DNA from: Ranitomeya imitator | Taxonomy: Eukaryota | Assembly: GCF_032444005.1 (NCBI RefSeq) | Contig: NC_091288.1 | Span: 220,658,001-220,722,000 of the forward strand | Reading direction: 5' to 3' | Length of the DNA stretch: 64,000 nt | Shown here: piece after piece, positions 49,283 to 63,178 of the stretch | Numbering within the stretch: the stretch's first letter is position 1 | Layout of the letters: each line of letters starts with the position of its first letter | Program-made: the position numbers and the translations under genes | The notes under the pieces: generated by a model | Told to the model about the DNA's origin: nothing | Databases searched by the model: none | Seen by the model: only the letters and a program-made list of their open reading frames with translations

Positions 49283-50850
49283 ATCATAGAATGCTATAAT
49301 GGTAGAGTTGGAAGGGACCTCCTGGGTCATCAGGTCCAAGACCCGGCTCAAAGCAGGATTCACTAAATCATCCCAGACAGATGTCTATCCAGCCTCTGTT
49401 TGAAGACTTCCATTGAAGGAGAACTCACCACCTCTTGTGGCAGCCTGTTCTACTCATTGATCACCCTCACTGTCAAAAAGTTTTTTCTAATATCTAATCT
49501 GTGCCTCCTCCGATTCAGTTTTATCCCATTGCTTCTAGTCTTTCCCAGGCAGAGTCCGGCCGGTTCGGAGGCAAGTCGAGAGTCCCCTTATCCAGGTGGA
49601 GAATAGAAGCCTTCCTTTGCGCTGTAGTGTTGTAGTCCCTTACTGCTAAGCTTCACATAAGGTCCGCACAGATGTTATCTCTCTCTCTGTCCCCCAGATA
49701 GGATAGGACAAAACCTGTAGGATTGGTGACTTGAGCCTGTTCATAGAGTTTCTTAGATGACCCGGCTCTGTGGGGTGTCACTTTGCCTCCTGGGTGTGGG
49801 TGCGGACAGGTAACGTGCAATTAGCTGTCCTGCCGGTCTCTGATGTAAGGCGTGGAGGTCCTCACAACCTCGGTGTTCCTGCTACCAATGTTTCTGCGCC
49901 TCAGAAGGAGGCAGCCTGCTCGAGGCTAATCCGCTTCTGGTATCCTCTCCTGTGCTTCCTCTCCTGCACACTCGCTGCAATCAATTCTGCCTTCAAAATG
50001 TCTCTTTCCGGGAGCTGCAGGTCTTAGGGTATGCACAGCTCTGTAAACCCTCTGTCCTCCTCAGACGGATGTCTGGAACAGACTCACTTTCCCTACAGAC
50101 TACCAGTTATATATATGGGGAGTCACCTAGTAAATAGGATCAAAAGCTCCCCCTGGTGGCCTGGAGTGTGAATGTGTTGCATGTTTGTGGTACCTGGTTA
50201 CAGTTATCCTTTCTTGTCACCGAACGTAGCATCACTCTTCCCGTGAGGAAAGCAATGCCACTGTGATGACCAGGACCCTGGGGCGCCACATATGCTTCTG
50301 TTAATACAACCCAGAATTGTATTTGCCTTTTTTGCTGCTGCATCACACTGTTGACTCATGTTCAGTCTGTGATCTATTAGTATACCCAAGTCTTTTTCAC
50401 ATGTGCTGTTGCTTAGCCCTATTCCTCCCATTCTGTATATGTTTTTTTTTTTCATTTTTATTGCCCAGATGTAGTACTTTGCATTTTTCCCTGTTAAAAA
50501 CCATTCTGTTAGTTGCTGCCCACTGCTCCAGTTTATTTATATATTTTTGAATCCTCTCTCTCTTCTCTAGTATTAGCTATCCCTCCTAGCTTTGTGTCAT
50601 CAGCAAATTTTATCAGTGTACCCTCAATTCCTTCATCTAAATCATTGATATTGAACAATACAGGGCCCAGGATAGAACCCTGTGGTACCCCACTTGAGGC
50701 ATTCTTCCAACTGGATGTGCAGCCATTTACGACCACTCTTTCGGTCCCATCACTAAGCCAGTTATGAATCCACCTAACAGTTACCTTGTCCATTCCATAC
50801 TTAGTCATTTTTTCAATAAGGATTGTGTGAGATACTTTGTCAAATGCTTT
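49283..50850 (-). mobile_element. CR1 LINE, 5'-truncated, with nested LTR fragment
   Basis: [31 protein letters not shown] and EKDLGILIDHRLNMSQQCDAAAKKANTILGCI; CR1 tail ATTCTATGAT at about 49283; candidate CTTTAT TSD (49279-84 / 50847-52). Confidence 0.88.
49546..50290 (-). mobile_element. Partial LTR of the same family as 17840
   Basis: Reverse complement begins TGTGGCGCCCCAGGGTCCTGGTC and follows 17840-~18580 (shared CCAGGTACCACAAACATGCAACAC, CACTCCAGGCCACCAGGGG). Confidence 0.85.
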
Positions 50851-51419
50851 ATGTATGATACGCACCTGATCCTCCTTTTTGTGACTCCTCATGGATTATC
50901 TACAGCCAATCCTCCCCCTCATTATGCTTCATTTATGGTCCTCTCATGATCATTCTTCTCATAACTGTTCATGTAAGGCCATCACGTGTCCTCCTTGTGA
51001 CTCTATATGTATGGCCTCCTCTTCGTGCCTCTCTTCAGGTATGATTCTCACTTAATTCTCCTCTTGACTGTTCATGTATGATCCACACCTGATCCTCCTT
51101 TTTGTGACTCTTCATGGATGATCCTCACCAGATCCTCCTTCTCAAGACTCTTCATTTACTGTTCTCACTTGATCCTCTTCCTCGTGACTCTTCTTGTACA
51201 TGATACACATCACAGCCACCTCTGTATACGGAGGATTGTGGAATAATCCTTTCTTTAGAGTTAGTAATCGCTGGTTATGGATTCTGCTCCGATTTTCCTC
51301 CGTTTCCTCCTTCTCATGCTTGTATCCGATCTCAGTGTATCCTCAGCATCAGCACTGAGAAACCTGCTGGATGTACCGCCAACACTGAGTCCAGAGGATG
51401 TGTAACATGGGACCACTGC

Positions 51420-52395
51420 AAGACAGGATTAGATACACGGCTCAGCAGCCAATCACACAGGATAGGATTAGATACACGGCTCAGCAGTCAGTATCACACA
51501 GGATAGGATTAGATACATGGCTCAGCAGTCAGTATCACACAGGATAGGATTAGATACATGACTCAGCAGTCAGTATCACACAGGAGAGGATTAGATACAC
51601 GGCTCAGCAGTCAGTATCACACAGGATAGGATTAGATACATGGCTCAGCAGACAGTATCACACAGGATAGGATTAGATACATGACTCAGCAGTCAGTATC
51701 ACACAGGAGAGGATTAGATACATGACTCAGCAGACAGTATCACACAGGAGAGGATTAGATACACGGCTCAGCAGTCAGTATCACACAGGAGAGGATTAGA
51801 TACACGGCTCAGCAGACAGTATCACACAGGATAGGATTAGATACACGGCTCAGCAGTCAGTATCACACAGGATAGGATTAGATACACAGCTCAGCAGTCA
51901 GTATCACACAGGAGGATTAGATACACGGCTCAGCAGTCAGTATCACACAGGAGAGGATTAGATACACGGCTCAGCAGTCAGTATCACACAGGATAGGATT
52001 AGATACACGGCTCAGCAGTCAGTATCACACAGGAGAGGATTAGATACATGGCTCAGCAGTCAGTATCACACAGGATAGGATTAGATACACGGCTCAGCAG
52101 TCAGTATCACACAGGATAGGATTAGATACACGACTCAGCAGTCAGTATCACACAGGAGAGGATTAGATACACGGCTCAGCACACAGTATCACACAGGATA
52201 GGATTAGATACACGGCTCAGCACACAGTATCACACAGGATAGGATTAGATACACGGCTCAGCAGACAGTATCACACAGGAGAGGATTAGATACACGGTTC
52301 AGCACACAGTATCACACAGGATAGGATTAGATACACGGCTCAGCACACAGTATCACACAGGATAGGATTAGATACATGGCTCAGCAGACAGTATC
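51420..52395. repeat. 41-bp minisatellite (GATACACGGCTCAGCAGTCAGTATCACACAGGATAGGATTA), about 24 copies
   Basis: Clear periodicity. Confidence 0.96.
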
Positions 52396-54818
52396 CCGTT
52401 GGCGCTGGCAGACACACGGTTAAGCAGATAATGCTGCGCAGACCGCAGAGCGCTGGGGGAATGTTCTGCAGAATATGATGTAATTAGAGTTTGTATCCAA
52501 GTGTCTGGGAACAGACTAAACATTGGGGCCAAGTCTGAGACTGTACGAAGTGACAGCAGCGACACTGACACCGACAGCACCGCCGACAGCACAAGTCCAA
52601 GTGTCGTCAGGCTGCAGCTCCCGGCGACCTCACTGTGGGGGTGCAGCATTTATACCCCAGTCCTGGAGCAAACAGGGGGCTCCAGCATTATCTGCACAAA
52701 ACACAACACAAGCCCTCACACAGGGCCGACTCCAGGTTTTCATGGACCCCAAGCGAAAGAGTCTCAGTGGCCCCTTTACCACAAACCACGATTCATGATG
52801 GACAGATAAGAAGCATAGGTACAGGACAATGCCAAAGAATTCACTTACACAGCACATAGTCCTCCATATAGTATAACGCACAGCCCATAGTCCTCCATAT
52901 AGTATAATGCACAGCCCATAGTCCTCCATACAGTATAATGCACAGTCCATAGTCCTCCATATAGTATAATTCACAGCCCATAGTCCTCCATACAATATAA
53001 TGCACAGTCCATAGTCCTCCATATAGTATAATGCACAGCCCATAGTCCTCCATATAGTATAATGCACAGCCCATAGTCCTCCATACAGTGTAATGCACTC
53101 CCATAGTCCTCCATATAGTATAATGCACAGCCCATAGTCCTCCATATAGTATAATGCACAGCCCATAGTCCTCCATATAGTATAATGCACAGCCCATAGT
53201 CCTCCATATAGTATAATGCACAGCCCATAGTTCTCCATATAGTATAATGCACAGCCCATAGTTCTCCATATAGTATAATGCACAGCCCATAGTCCTCCAT
53301 ACAGTATAATGCACAGCCCATAGTCCTCCATATAGTATAATGCACAGCCCATAGTCCTCCATATAGTATAATGCACAGCCCATAGTCCTCCATACAGTAT
53401 AATGCACAGCCCATAGTCCCCCATATAGTATAATGCACAGCCCATAGTCCTCCATACAGTATAATGCACAGCCCATAGTCCTCCATATAGTATAATGCAC
53501 AGCCCATAGTCCTCCATACAGTATAATGCACAGCCTATAGTCCTCCATATAGTATAATGCACAGCCCATAGTTCTCCATATAGTATAATGCACAGCCCAT
53601 AGTCCTCCATACAGTGTAAAACACAGCCCATAGTCCTCCATATAGTATAATGCACAGCCCATAGTCCTCCATATACTATAATGCAAAGCCCATAGTTCTC
53701 CATATAGTATAATGCACAGCCCATAGTTCTCCATATAGTATAATGAAAATCCCATAGTCCTCCATACAGTATAATGCACAGCCCATAGTCCTCCATACAG
53801 TATAATGCACAGCCAATAGTCCTCCATATAGTATAATGAAAATCCCATAGTCCTCCATACAGTATAACGCACAGCCCATAGTCTTCCATATAGTATAATG
53901 AAAATCCCATAGTCCTCCAAACTGTAAAATGCACAGCCCATAGTCCTCCATATAGTATAATGAAAATCCCATAGTCCTCCATATAGTATAATGCACAGCC
54001 AATAGTCCTCCATATAGTATAATGCACAGCCCATAGTTCTCCATATAGTATAATGCACAGCCAATAGTCCTCCATATAGTATAATGCACAGCCCATTGTC
54101 CTCCATATAGTATAACGCACAGCCCATAGTTCTACATATAGTATAATGAATAGCCCATAGTCCTCCTTACAGTATAATGTACAGCCCATAGTCCTCTATA
54201 TAGTATAACGCACAGCCCATAGTCCTCCAAATAGTATAATGCACAGCCAATTGTTCTCCATATAGTATAATGCACAGCCCAAGTTCTCCATATAGTATAT
54301 TTCACAGCCCATAGTTCTGCATATAGTATAATGCACAGCCCATGGTCCTCCATATAGTATAATGCACAGCCCATAGTCCTCCATATAGTATAACGCACAG
54401 CCCATAGTCCTCCATATAGTATAATGCACAGCCCATAGCCCTTCTTATAGTATAATGCACAGCCCCTAGTTCTCCATATAGTACAATACACAGCCCATAG
54501 TTCTTGATATAGTTTAATGCGCAGCCCATAGATCTCCATATAGTTTAATGCACAGCACTTAGTTCTCCATACAGTATAATGCACAGCCCATAGTTTTCCA
54601 TATAGTACAATACACAGCCTTTAGTACTCCATATAGTGCAATACACAGCCCATAATTCTCCATAAAGTATAATGCACAGCCCATAGTCCTCCATATAGTA
54701 TAATGCACAGCCCATAGTCCTCCATATAGTATAAATGCACAGCCCATAGTCCTCCATATAGTATAATGCACAGCCCATAGTTCTCCATATAGTATAATGG
54801 ACAACCCATAGCCCTCCA

Positions 54819-55690
54819 TCTATATATACAATTGTCTAAGGGTTTTTCCGTCGGTCTGTCTGTCTGTCTGTCCTGGAAATCCCTGCTCTCTGATTGGTCG
54901 AGGCCGCCAGGCCTCGACCAATCAGAGACCAGCACAGCATCGACGTAGAAATCCCGCGTCTCTGATTGGTCGAGGCCACCAGGCCTCGACCAATCAGCAA
55001 CGGGCACAGCGACGATGATGTCATAAAGGACGAAGAAATCCCACGTTTCTGATTCGGCACAGCATGGCGACGATGATGTCATAAAGGTTGCCTTAACCAA
55101 TCAGCGACGGGCACAGTATCGACGTAGATGTCATAATAGTTGCCATGGCGACGATGATGTCATAAAGGTTGCCTTGACCAATCAGCGACGGGCACAGTCT
55201 GCCACGAATTCTGGAATCATCATTGTCCATATACTACGGGGACATGCATATTCTAGAATACCCGAGGCCAGGCCTCGACCAATCAGCAACGGGCACAGCA
55301 TGGCGACGATGATGTCATAAAGGTTGCCTCGACCAATCAGCGACGGGCACAGTCTGCCGCGAATTTGCCTCGACCAATCAGCGACGGGCACAGTATCGAC
55401 GTAGATGTCATAATGGTTGCCATGGCGATGATGATGTCATAAAGGTTGCCTTGACCAATCAGCGACGGGCACAGTCTGCCGCAAATTCGCCTCGACCAAT
55501 CAGCGACGGGCACAGTATCGACGTAGAGGTCATAATCGTTGCTATGGCGATGATGATGTCATAAAGGTTGCCTCGACCAATCAGCGACGGGCACAATCTG
55601 CCGCGAATTCTGGAATCATCATTGTCCATATACTACGGGGACATGCATATTCTAGAATACCCGATGCGTTAGAATCGGGCCACAATCTAG
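54819..55690 (+). mobile_element. Non-autonomous Helitron, copy 1 (872 bp)
   Basis: A|TC...CTAG|T with no TSD, subterminal hairpin CCCGAT-GCGTTAGA-ATCGGG (55660-55679); the satellite unit resumes in register after the insert. Confidence 0.85.
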
Positions 55691-56621
55691 TATAGTATAA
55701 TGCACAGCCCCTAGTTCTCCATATAGTATAATGCACAGCCCCTAGTTCTCCATATAGTATAATGCACAGCCCATAGTTCTCCATATAGTATAATGCACAG
55801 CCCATAGTCCTCCATATAGTGTAATGCACAGCCCATAGTCCTCCATATAGTATAATGCACAGCCCATTGTTCTCAATATAGTATTATGCACAGCCCATAG
55901 TCCTCCATATAGTATAATGCAAAGCCCATAGTCCTCCATATAGTATAATGCACAGCCCATTGTTCTCAATATAGTATTATGCACAGCCCATAGTCCTCCA
56001 TATAGTGTAACGCACAGCCCATAGTCCTCCATATAGTATAATGCACAGCCCATAGTCCTCCATATAGTATAATGCACAGCCCATAGTTCTCCATATAGTA
56101 TAATGCACAGCCCATTGTTCTCAATATAGTATTATGCCCAGCCCATAGTCCTCAATGTAATATAAAGCACAGCCCATAGTTCTCCATATAGTATAATGCA
56201 CAGCCTATTGTTCTCAATTTAGTATTATGCACAGCCCATAGTCCTCCATATAGTATAATGCACAGCCCATAGTCCTCCATATAGTATAATGCACAGCCCA
56301 TAGTTCTTGATATAGTTTAATGCGCAGCCCATAGATCTCCATATAGTTTAATGCACAGCACTTAGTTCTCCATACAGTATAATGCACAGCCCATAGTTTT
56401 CCATATAGTACAATACACAGCCTTTAGTACTCCATATAGTGCAATACACAGCCGATAATTCTCCATAAAGTATAATGCACAGCCCATAGTCCTCCATATA
56501 GTATAATGCACAGCCCATAGTCCTCCATATAGTATAAATGCACAGCCCATAGTCCTCCATATAGTATAATGCACAGCCCATAGTTCTCCATATAGTATAA
56601 TGCACAACCCATAGCCCTCCA

Positions 56622-57412
56622 TCTATATATACAATTGTCTAAGGGTTTTTCCGTCGGTCTGTCTGTCTGTCTGTCCTGGAAATCCCTGCTCTCTGATTGG
56701 TCGAGGCCGCCAGGCCTCGACCAATCAGAGACCAGCACAGCATCGACGTAGAAATCCCGCGTCTCTGATTGGTCGAGGCCACCAGGCCTCGACCAATCAG
56801 CAACGGGCACAGCGACGATGATGTCATAAAGGACGAAGAAATCCCACGTTTCTGATTCGGCACAGCATGGCGACGATGATGTCATAAAGGTTGCCTTGAC
56901 CAATCAGCGACGGGCACAGTCTGCCACGAATTCTGGAATCATCATTGTCCATATACTACGGGGACATGCATATTCTAGAATACCCGAGGCCAGGCCTCGA
57001 CCAATCAGCAACGGGCACAGCATGGCGATGATGATGTCATAAAGGTTGCCTCGACCAATCAGCGACGGGCACAGTCTGCCGCGAATTTGCCTCGACCAAT
57101 CAGCGACGGGCACAGTATCGACGTAGATGTCATAATGGTTGCCATGGCGATGATGATGTCATAAAGGTTGCCTTGACCAATCAGCGACGGGCACAGTCTG
57201 CCGCGAATTCGCCTCGACCAATCAGCGACGGGCACAGTATCGACGTAGAGGTCATAATCGTTGCTATGGCGATGATGATGTCATAAAGGTTGCCTCGACC
57301 AATCAGCGACGGGCACAATCTGCCGCGAATTCTGGAATCATCATTGTCCATATACTACGGGGACATGCATATTCTAGAATACCCGATGCGTTAGAATCGG
57401 GCCACAATCTAG
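56622..57412 (+). mobile_element. Non-autonomous Helitron, copy 2 (791 bp)
   Basis: Same termini, hairpin and flanks as copy 1, with an 81-bp internal deletion. Confidence 0.85.
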
Positions 57413-58254
57413 TATAGTATAATGCACAGCCCCTAGTTCTCCATATAGTATAATGCACAGCCCCTAGTTCTCCATATAGTATAATGCACAGCCCATAGTC
57501 CTCCATATAGTATAATGCACAGCCCATAGTCCTCCATATAGTATAATGCACAGCCCCTAGTTCTCCATATAGTATAATGCACAGCCCCTAGTTCTCCATA
57601 TAGTATAATGCACAGCCCATAGTTCTCCAAATAGTATAATGCACAGCCCATAGTCCTCCATATAGTGTAATGCACAGCCCATAGTCCTCCATATAGTATA
57701 ATGCACAGCCCATTGTTCTCAATATAGTATTATGCACAGCCCATAGTCCTCCATATAGTATAATGCAAAGCCCATAGTCCTCCATATAGTATAATGCACA
57801 GCCCATAGTTCTCCATATAGTATTATGCACAGCCCATAGTCCTCCATATAGTGTAACGCACAGCCCATAGTCCTCTATATAGTATAATGCACAGCCCATA
57901 GTCCTCCATATAGTATAATGCACAGCCCATAGTTCTCCATATAGTATAATGCACAGCCCATTGTTCTCAATATAGTATTATGCCCAGCCCATAGTCCTCA
58001 ATGTAATATAAAGCACAGCCCATAGTTCTCCATATAGTATAATGCACAGCCTATTGTTCTCAATTTAGTATTATGCACAGCCCATAGTCCTCCATATAGT
58101 ATAATGCACAGCCCATAGTCCTCCATATAGTATAATGCACAGCCCATAGTTCTCCATATAGTATAATGCACAGCCCATTTTTCTCCATATAGTATAATGC
58201 ACAGCCCATAGTCAACCATGTAGTATAATGTACAGTCGATACTATGTCAGTGCA

Positions 58255-61200
58255 AGCTGTGGAGTATAATACAGGATGTAACTCAGGATCAGTAATGTAA
58301 TGTATGTACACAGTGACTGCACCAGCAGAATAGTGAGTGCAGCTCTGGGGTATAATACAGGGTGTAACTCAGGATCAGTAATTTAATGTATGCACATAGT
58401 GACTGCACCAGCAGAATAGTGAGTGAAGCTCTGGAGTATCATACAGGATGTAACTCAGGATCAGTAATTTAATGTATGTACACAGTGACTGCACTAGCAG
58501 AATAGTGAGTGCAGCTCTGGGGTATAATACAGGATGTAACTCAGGATCAGTAATGTAATGTATGTACACAGTGACTGCACCAGCAGAACAGTGAGCGCAG
58601 CTCTAGGGTATAATACAGGAGGTAACTCAGGATCAGTAATGTAATGTATGTACACAGTGACTGCACCAGCAGAATAGTGAGTGCAGCTCTGGGGTATAAT
58701 ACAGGAGGTAACTCAGGATCAGTAATGTAATGTATGTGCACAGTGACTGCACCAGCAGAATAGTGAGTGCAGCTCTGGAGTATAATACAGGATGTAACTC
58801 AGGATCAGTAATGTAATGTATGTCCACAGTGACTGCGCCAGCAGAACAGTGAGTGCAGCTCTGGGGTATAATACAGGATGTAACTCAGAATTAGTAATGT
58901 AATGTATGTACACAGTGACTGCACCAGCAGAATAGTGAGTGAAGCTCTGGAGTATCATACAGGATGTAACTCAGGATCAGTAATGTAATGTATGTACACA
59001 GTGACTGCACCAGCAGAACAGTGAGCGCAGCTCTAGGGTATAATACAGGAGGTAACTCAGGATCAGTAATGTAATGTATGTACACAGTGACTGCACCAGC
59101 AGAATAGTGAGTGCAGCTCTGGGGTATAATACAGGAGGTAACTCAGGATCAGTAATGTAATGTATGTGCACAGTGACTGCACCAGCAGAATAGTGAGTGC
59201 AGCTCTGGAGTATAATACAGGATGTAACTCAGGATCAGTAATGTAATGTATGTCCACAGTGACTGCGCCAGCAGAACAGTGAGTGCAGCTCTGGGGTATA
59301 ATACAGGATGTAACTCAGAATTAGTAATGTAATGTATGTACACAGTGAATGCACCAGCAGAACAGTGAGTGCAGCTCTGGATTATAATACAGGATGTAAC
59401 TCAGGATCAGTAATGTAATGTATGTACACAGTGACTGCACCAGCAGAACAGTGAGTGCAGCTCTGGATTATAATACACGATGTAACTCAGGATCAGTAAT
59501 GTAATGTATGTACACAGTGACTGCACCAGCAGAATAGTGAGTGCAGCTCTGGGGTATAATACAGGAGGTAACTCAGGATCAGTAATGTAATGTATGTACA
59601 TAGTGACTGCACCAGCAGGATAGTGAGTGCAGCTCTGGGGTATAATACAGGAGGTAACTCAGGATCAGTAATGTAATGTATGTACACAGTGACTGCATCA
59701 GCAGAATAGTGAGTGCAGCTCTGGGGTATAATAAAAAAGGTAACTCAGGATCAGTAATGTAATGTATGTACACAGTGACTGCACCAGCAGAATAGTGGTT
59801 GCAGCTCTGGAGTATAATACAGGATGTAACTCAGAATCAGTAATGTATGTACACAGTGACTGCACCAGCAGAATAGTGAGTGCAGCTCTGGGGTATAATA
59901 CAGGATGTAACTCAGGATCAGTAATGTAATGTATGTACACAGTGACTGCACCAGCAGAATAGTGAGTGCAGCTCTGGAGTATAATACAGGATGTAACTCA
60001 GGATCAGTAATGTAATGTATGTACACAGTGACTGCACCAGTAGAATAGTGAGCGCAGCTCTGGGGTATAATACAGGATGTAATTCAGGATCAGTAATGTA
60101 ATGTATGTACACAGTGACTGCACCAGCAGAATAGTGAGTGCAGCTCTGGGGTATAATACAGGATGTAACTCAGGATCAGTAATGTATGTACACAGTGACT
60201 GCACCAGCAGAATAGTGAGTGCAGCTCTGGGGTATAATACAGGAGGTAACTCAGGATCAGTAATGTAATGTATGTATACAGTGACTGCACCAGCAGAATA
60301 GTGAGTGCAGCTCTGGGGTATAATACAGGATGTAACTCAGGATCAGTAATGTAATGTATATACACAGTGACTGCACCAGCAGAATAGTGAGTGCAGCTCC
60401 GGGGTATAATACAGGATGTAACTCAGGATCAGTAATGTAATGTATATACACAGTGACTGCACCAGCAGAATAGTGAGTGCAGCTCTGGAGTATAATACAG
60501 GATGTAACTCAGGATCAGTAATGTATGTACACAGTGACTGCACCAGCAGAATAGTGAGTGCAGCTCTGGGGTATAATACAGGATGTAACTCAGGATCAGT
60601 AATATAATGTATGTACACAGTGACTGCACCAGCAGAATAGTGAGTGCAGCTCTGGAGTATAATACAGGAGGTAACTCAGGATCAGTAATGTAATGTATGT
60701 ACACAGTGACTGCACCAGCAGAATAGTGAGCGCAGATCTGGGGTATAATACAGGAGGTAACTCAGGATCAGTAATGTAATGTATGTACACAGTGACTGCA
60801 CCAGCAGAATAGTGAGCGCAGATCTGGAGTATAATACAGGAGGTAACTCAGGATCAGTAATGTAATGTATGTACACAGTGACTGCACCAGTAGAATAGTG
60901 AGTGCAGCTCTGGAGTATAATACAGGATGTAACTCAGGATCAGTAATGTAATGTATGTACACAGTGACTGCACCAGCAGAATAGTGAGTGCTGCTCTGGG
61001 GTATAATACAGGATGTAACTCAGGATCAGTAATGTAATGTATGTACACAGTGACTGCACCAGTAGAATAGTGAGTGCAGCTCTGGGGTATAATACAGGAG
61101 GTAACTCAGGATCAGTAATGTATGTACACAGTGACTGCACCAGTAGAATAGTGAGTGCAGCTCTGGAGTATAATACAGGAGGTAACTCAGGATCAGTAAT

Positions 61201-61852
61201 GTAATGTATGTACACAGTGACTACACCAGCAGAATAGTGAGCGCAGATCTGGAGTATAATACAGGAGGTAACTCAGGATCAGTAATGTAATGTATGTACA
61301 CAGTGACTGCACCAGTAGAATAGTGAGTGCAGCTCTGGAGTATAATACAGGATGTAACTCAGGATCAGTAATGTAATGTATGTACACAGTGACTGCACCA
61401 GTAGAATAGTGAGTGCAGCTCTGGAGTATAATACAGGATGTAACTCAGGATCAGTAATGTAATGTATGTACACAGTGACTGCACCAGCAGAATAGTGAGT
61501 GCTGCTCTGGGGTATAATACAGGATGTAACTCAGGATCAGTAATGTAATGTATGTACACAGTGACTGCACCAGTAGAATAGTGAGTGCAGCTCTGGGGTA
61601 TAATACAGGAGGTAACTCAGGATCAGTAATGTATGTACACAGTGACTGCACCAGTAGAATAGTGAGTGCAGCTCTGGAGTATAATACAGGAGGTAACTCA
61701 GGATCAGTAATGTAATGTATGTACACAGTGACTGCACCAGCAGAATAGTGAGCGCAGATCTGGAGTATAATACAGGAGGTAACTCAGGATCAGTAATGTA
61801 ATGTATGTACACAGTGACTGCACCAGTAGAATAGTGAGTGCAGCTCTGGAGT
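58255..61852 (-). repeat. 86-bp satellite array 2, inverted relative to array 1, about 42 copies
   Basis: Reverse complement of the 40730-43535 unit; same [16 protein letters not shown] ORFs on the - strand. Confidence 0.97.
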
Positions 61853-63178
61853 ACTGTAGTTTAGCACGTTTCTGAGGTGCTTCTTCTGTGCTGTCACCAT
61901 TGGTATGTTCCAGTAATGACACAGGTGATTCTCTGGCTGCAGTTCAGACTTCCGTTAGGGTGCAGGATATTACTTCATTCTGTTTTTTTGTCTTTATGGC
62001 CAGAATTCTGATTTGGCCGGAGAACGTCACATCTCAGGACTGTGTAATCTGGTGGAATAATGGGGAGGGGTGAACCCCGATCTTCTTATTATTGCAGATC
62101 TGGCGTATTTCACCTCTGGGGATGTTTCGCCTCCAGCTCTGGGGACCTCGAACACATGAGAATGAGAACCTACAGTATGTGGGGCGGGGGAGGGGAGGCA
62201 TCATCAGCAGAGGGGCTCAGTAAGAATCCACAAGGGTCGCTCTGTCAAGTTTGGATCTTTTATTTGATGAATTTCACAAACAATTGTCACAGAAGTAACA
62301 GGACCCACACTCCTGGTTAATTCTACACATTTATTTTACGTTTTTTTGCCCAGTTCGTATCGGATTTTATCCTCCAGTTACTGCCAGAGTTGCATTCAGT
62401 GCTTTTATGTTCTCTTCCAAGAGTATACTTTACAGAACAGCTGCGGAAATCAGCAGAATTGTGATTACAGCTCCGGATGTAATTAAAGTCCCATGCCCAG
62501 TAATGCGCCATGTTATAGGGTCATCTGTATGACGAGCACAAGACCCCTCAGTAACAAAATGAACCTAGCTCACCATAGAAGTGTATCAGCCTCGGGGGTC
62601 CAATTCCTCCAGGACCCCTCACATATGTGCATCTTAGGCTCCTACATGATCAGTAAATGTTGTTGCCGTTTAATAGCCCACTGTGTGACGACCTTCCTCC
62701 CGAACTCTTGGGTTTTTGTCTTACTCATAAATGGCAACTGCCTCCCAAAAAGGATGAGATCCCCACATGTCAGCAATTCTCTGCAAAGGCCCAAAACGTC
62801 TGAGAATCCAATGATTCTGGAAAGATTCAGACCCCGGGTATCTCAGCAGGATAAAGACACGGAGGGCTGGAAAATGGGCCGGAGGGATACAACTATTCCA
62901 GAAATGTTAAATAAGCTTCTCCAGGATGCAAATATGGGGTAAAGTATACCAATCTGGCCATCCGGGAAGGGCAGCTCCTATTAAGGGGATTCGCAAGGGA
63001 GACGGCCCTCGTCTTTGTCCATGTAATAGATGGGGTCAATTGATTTACCAGTCCTAAAGTCACGCACTCTCATGATAGCGGGGTCTTCTGGGATTCGTGC
63101 AGATTTTTATTATTAGGATCTTGCCCCAGAGTGGAGGAACCTGTGACACTGCAATAAACAAAAGGCCGTATTGTAGGG

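Larger units (their letters stand above)
48440..51200. repeat. Degenerate ~35-40-bp repeat (TGACTCTTCATGTATGATCCTCACCTGATCCTC), interrupted by a CR1
   Basis: Same motif at 48440-49280 and 50851-51200. Confidence 0.8.
52845..58235. repeat. 31-bp satellite (CATAGTCCTCCATATAGTATAATGCACAGCC) interrupted by two Helitron-like inserts
   Basis: More than 100 copies; gives spurious MGCALYYMEDYGLCIILYGGLWAVHYTIWRT ORFs. Confidence 0.96.

Noticed and set aside
54860-55620. CRISPR-like repeat/spacer pattern (GACCAATCAGCGACGGGCACAG)
   Set aside because: The spacers themselves recur, there are no cas genes, the context is vertebrate, and the Helitron termini explain it.
52630-58219. MGCALYYMEDYG-repeat ORFs up to 519 aa
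   Set aside because: 31-bp satellite read in several frames.
58255-61852. Array 2 as the partner end of the MITE at 43672
   Set aside because: The geometry is wrong (the 43672 terminus points leftwards) and no TTAA-AGGG terminus flanks array 2.
62493-62950. 149-aa ORF
   Set aside because: No recognisable domain; the antisense strand vaguely resembles a decayed L1 3' end, but support is too weak to call.
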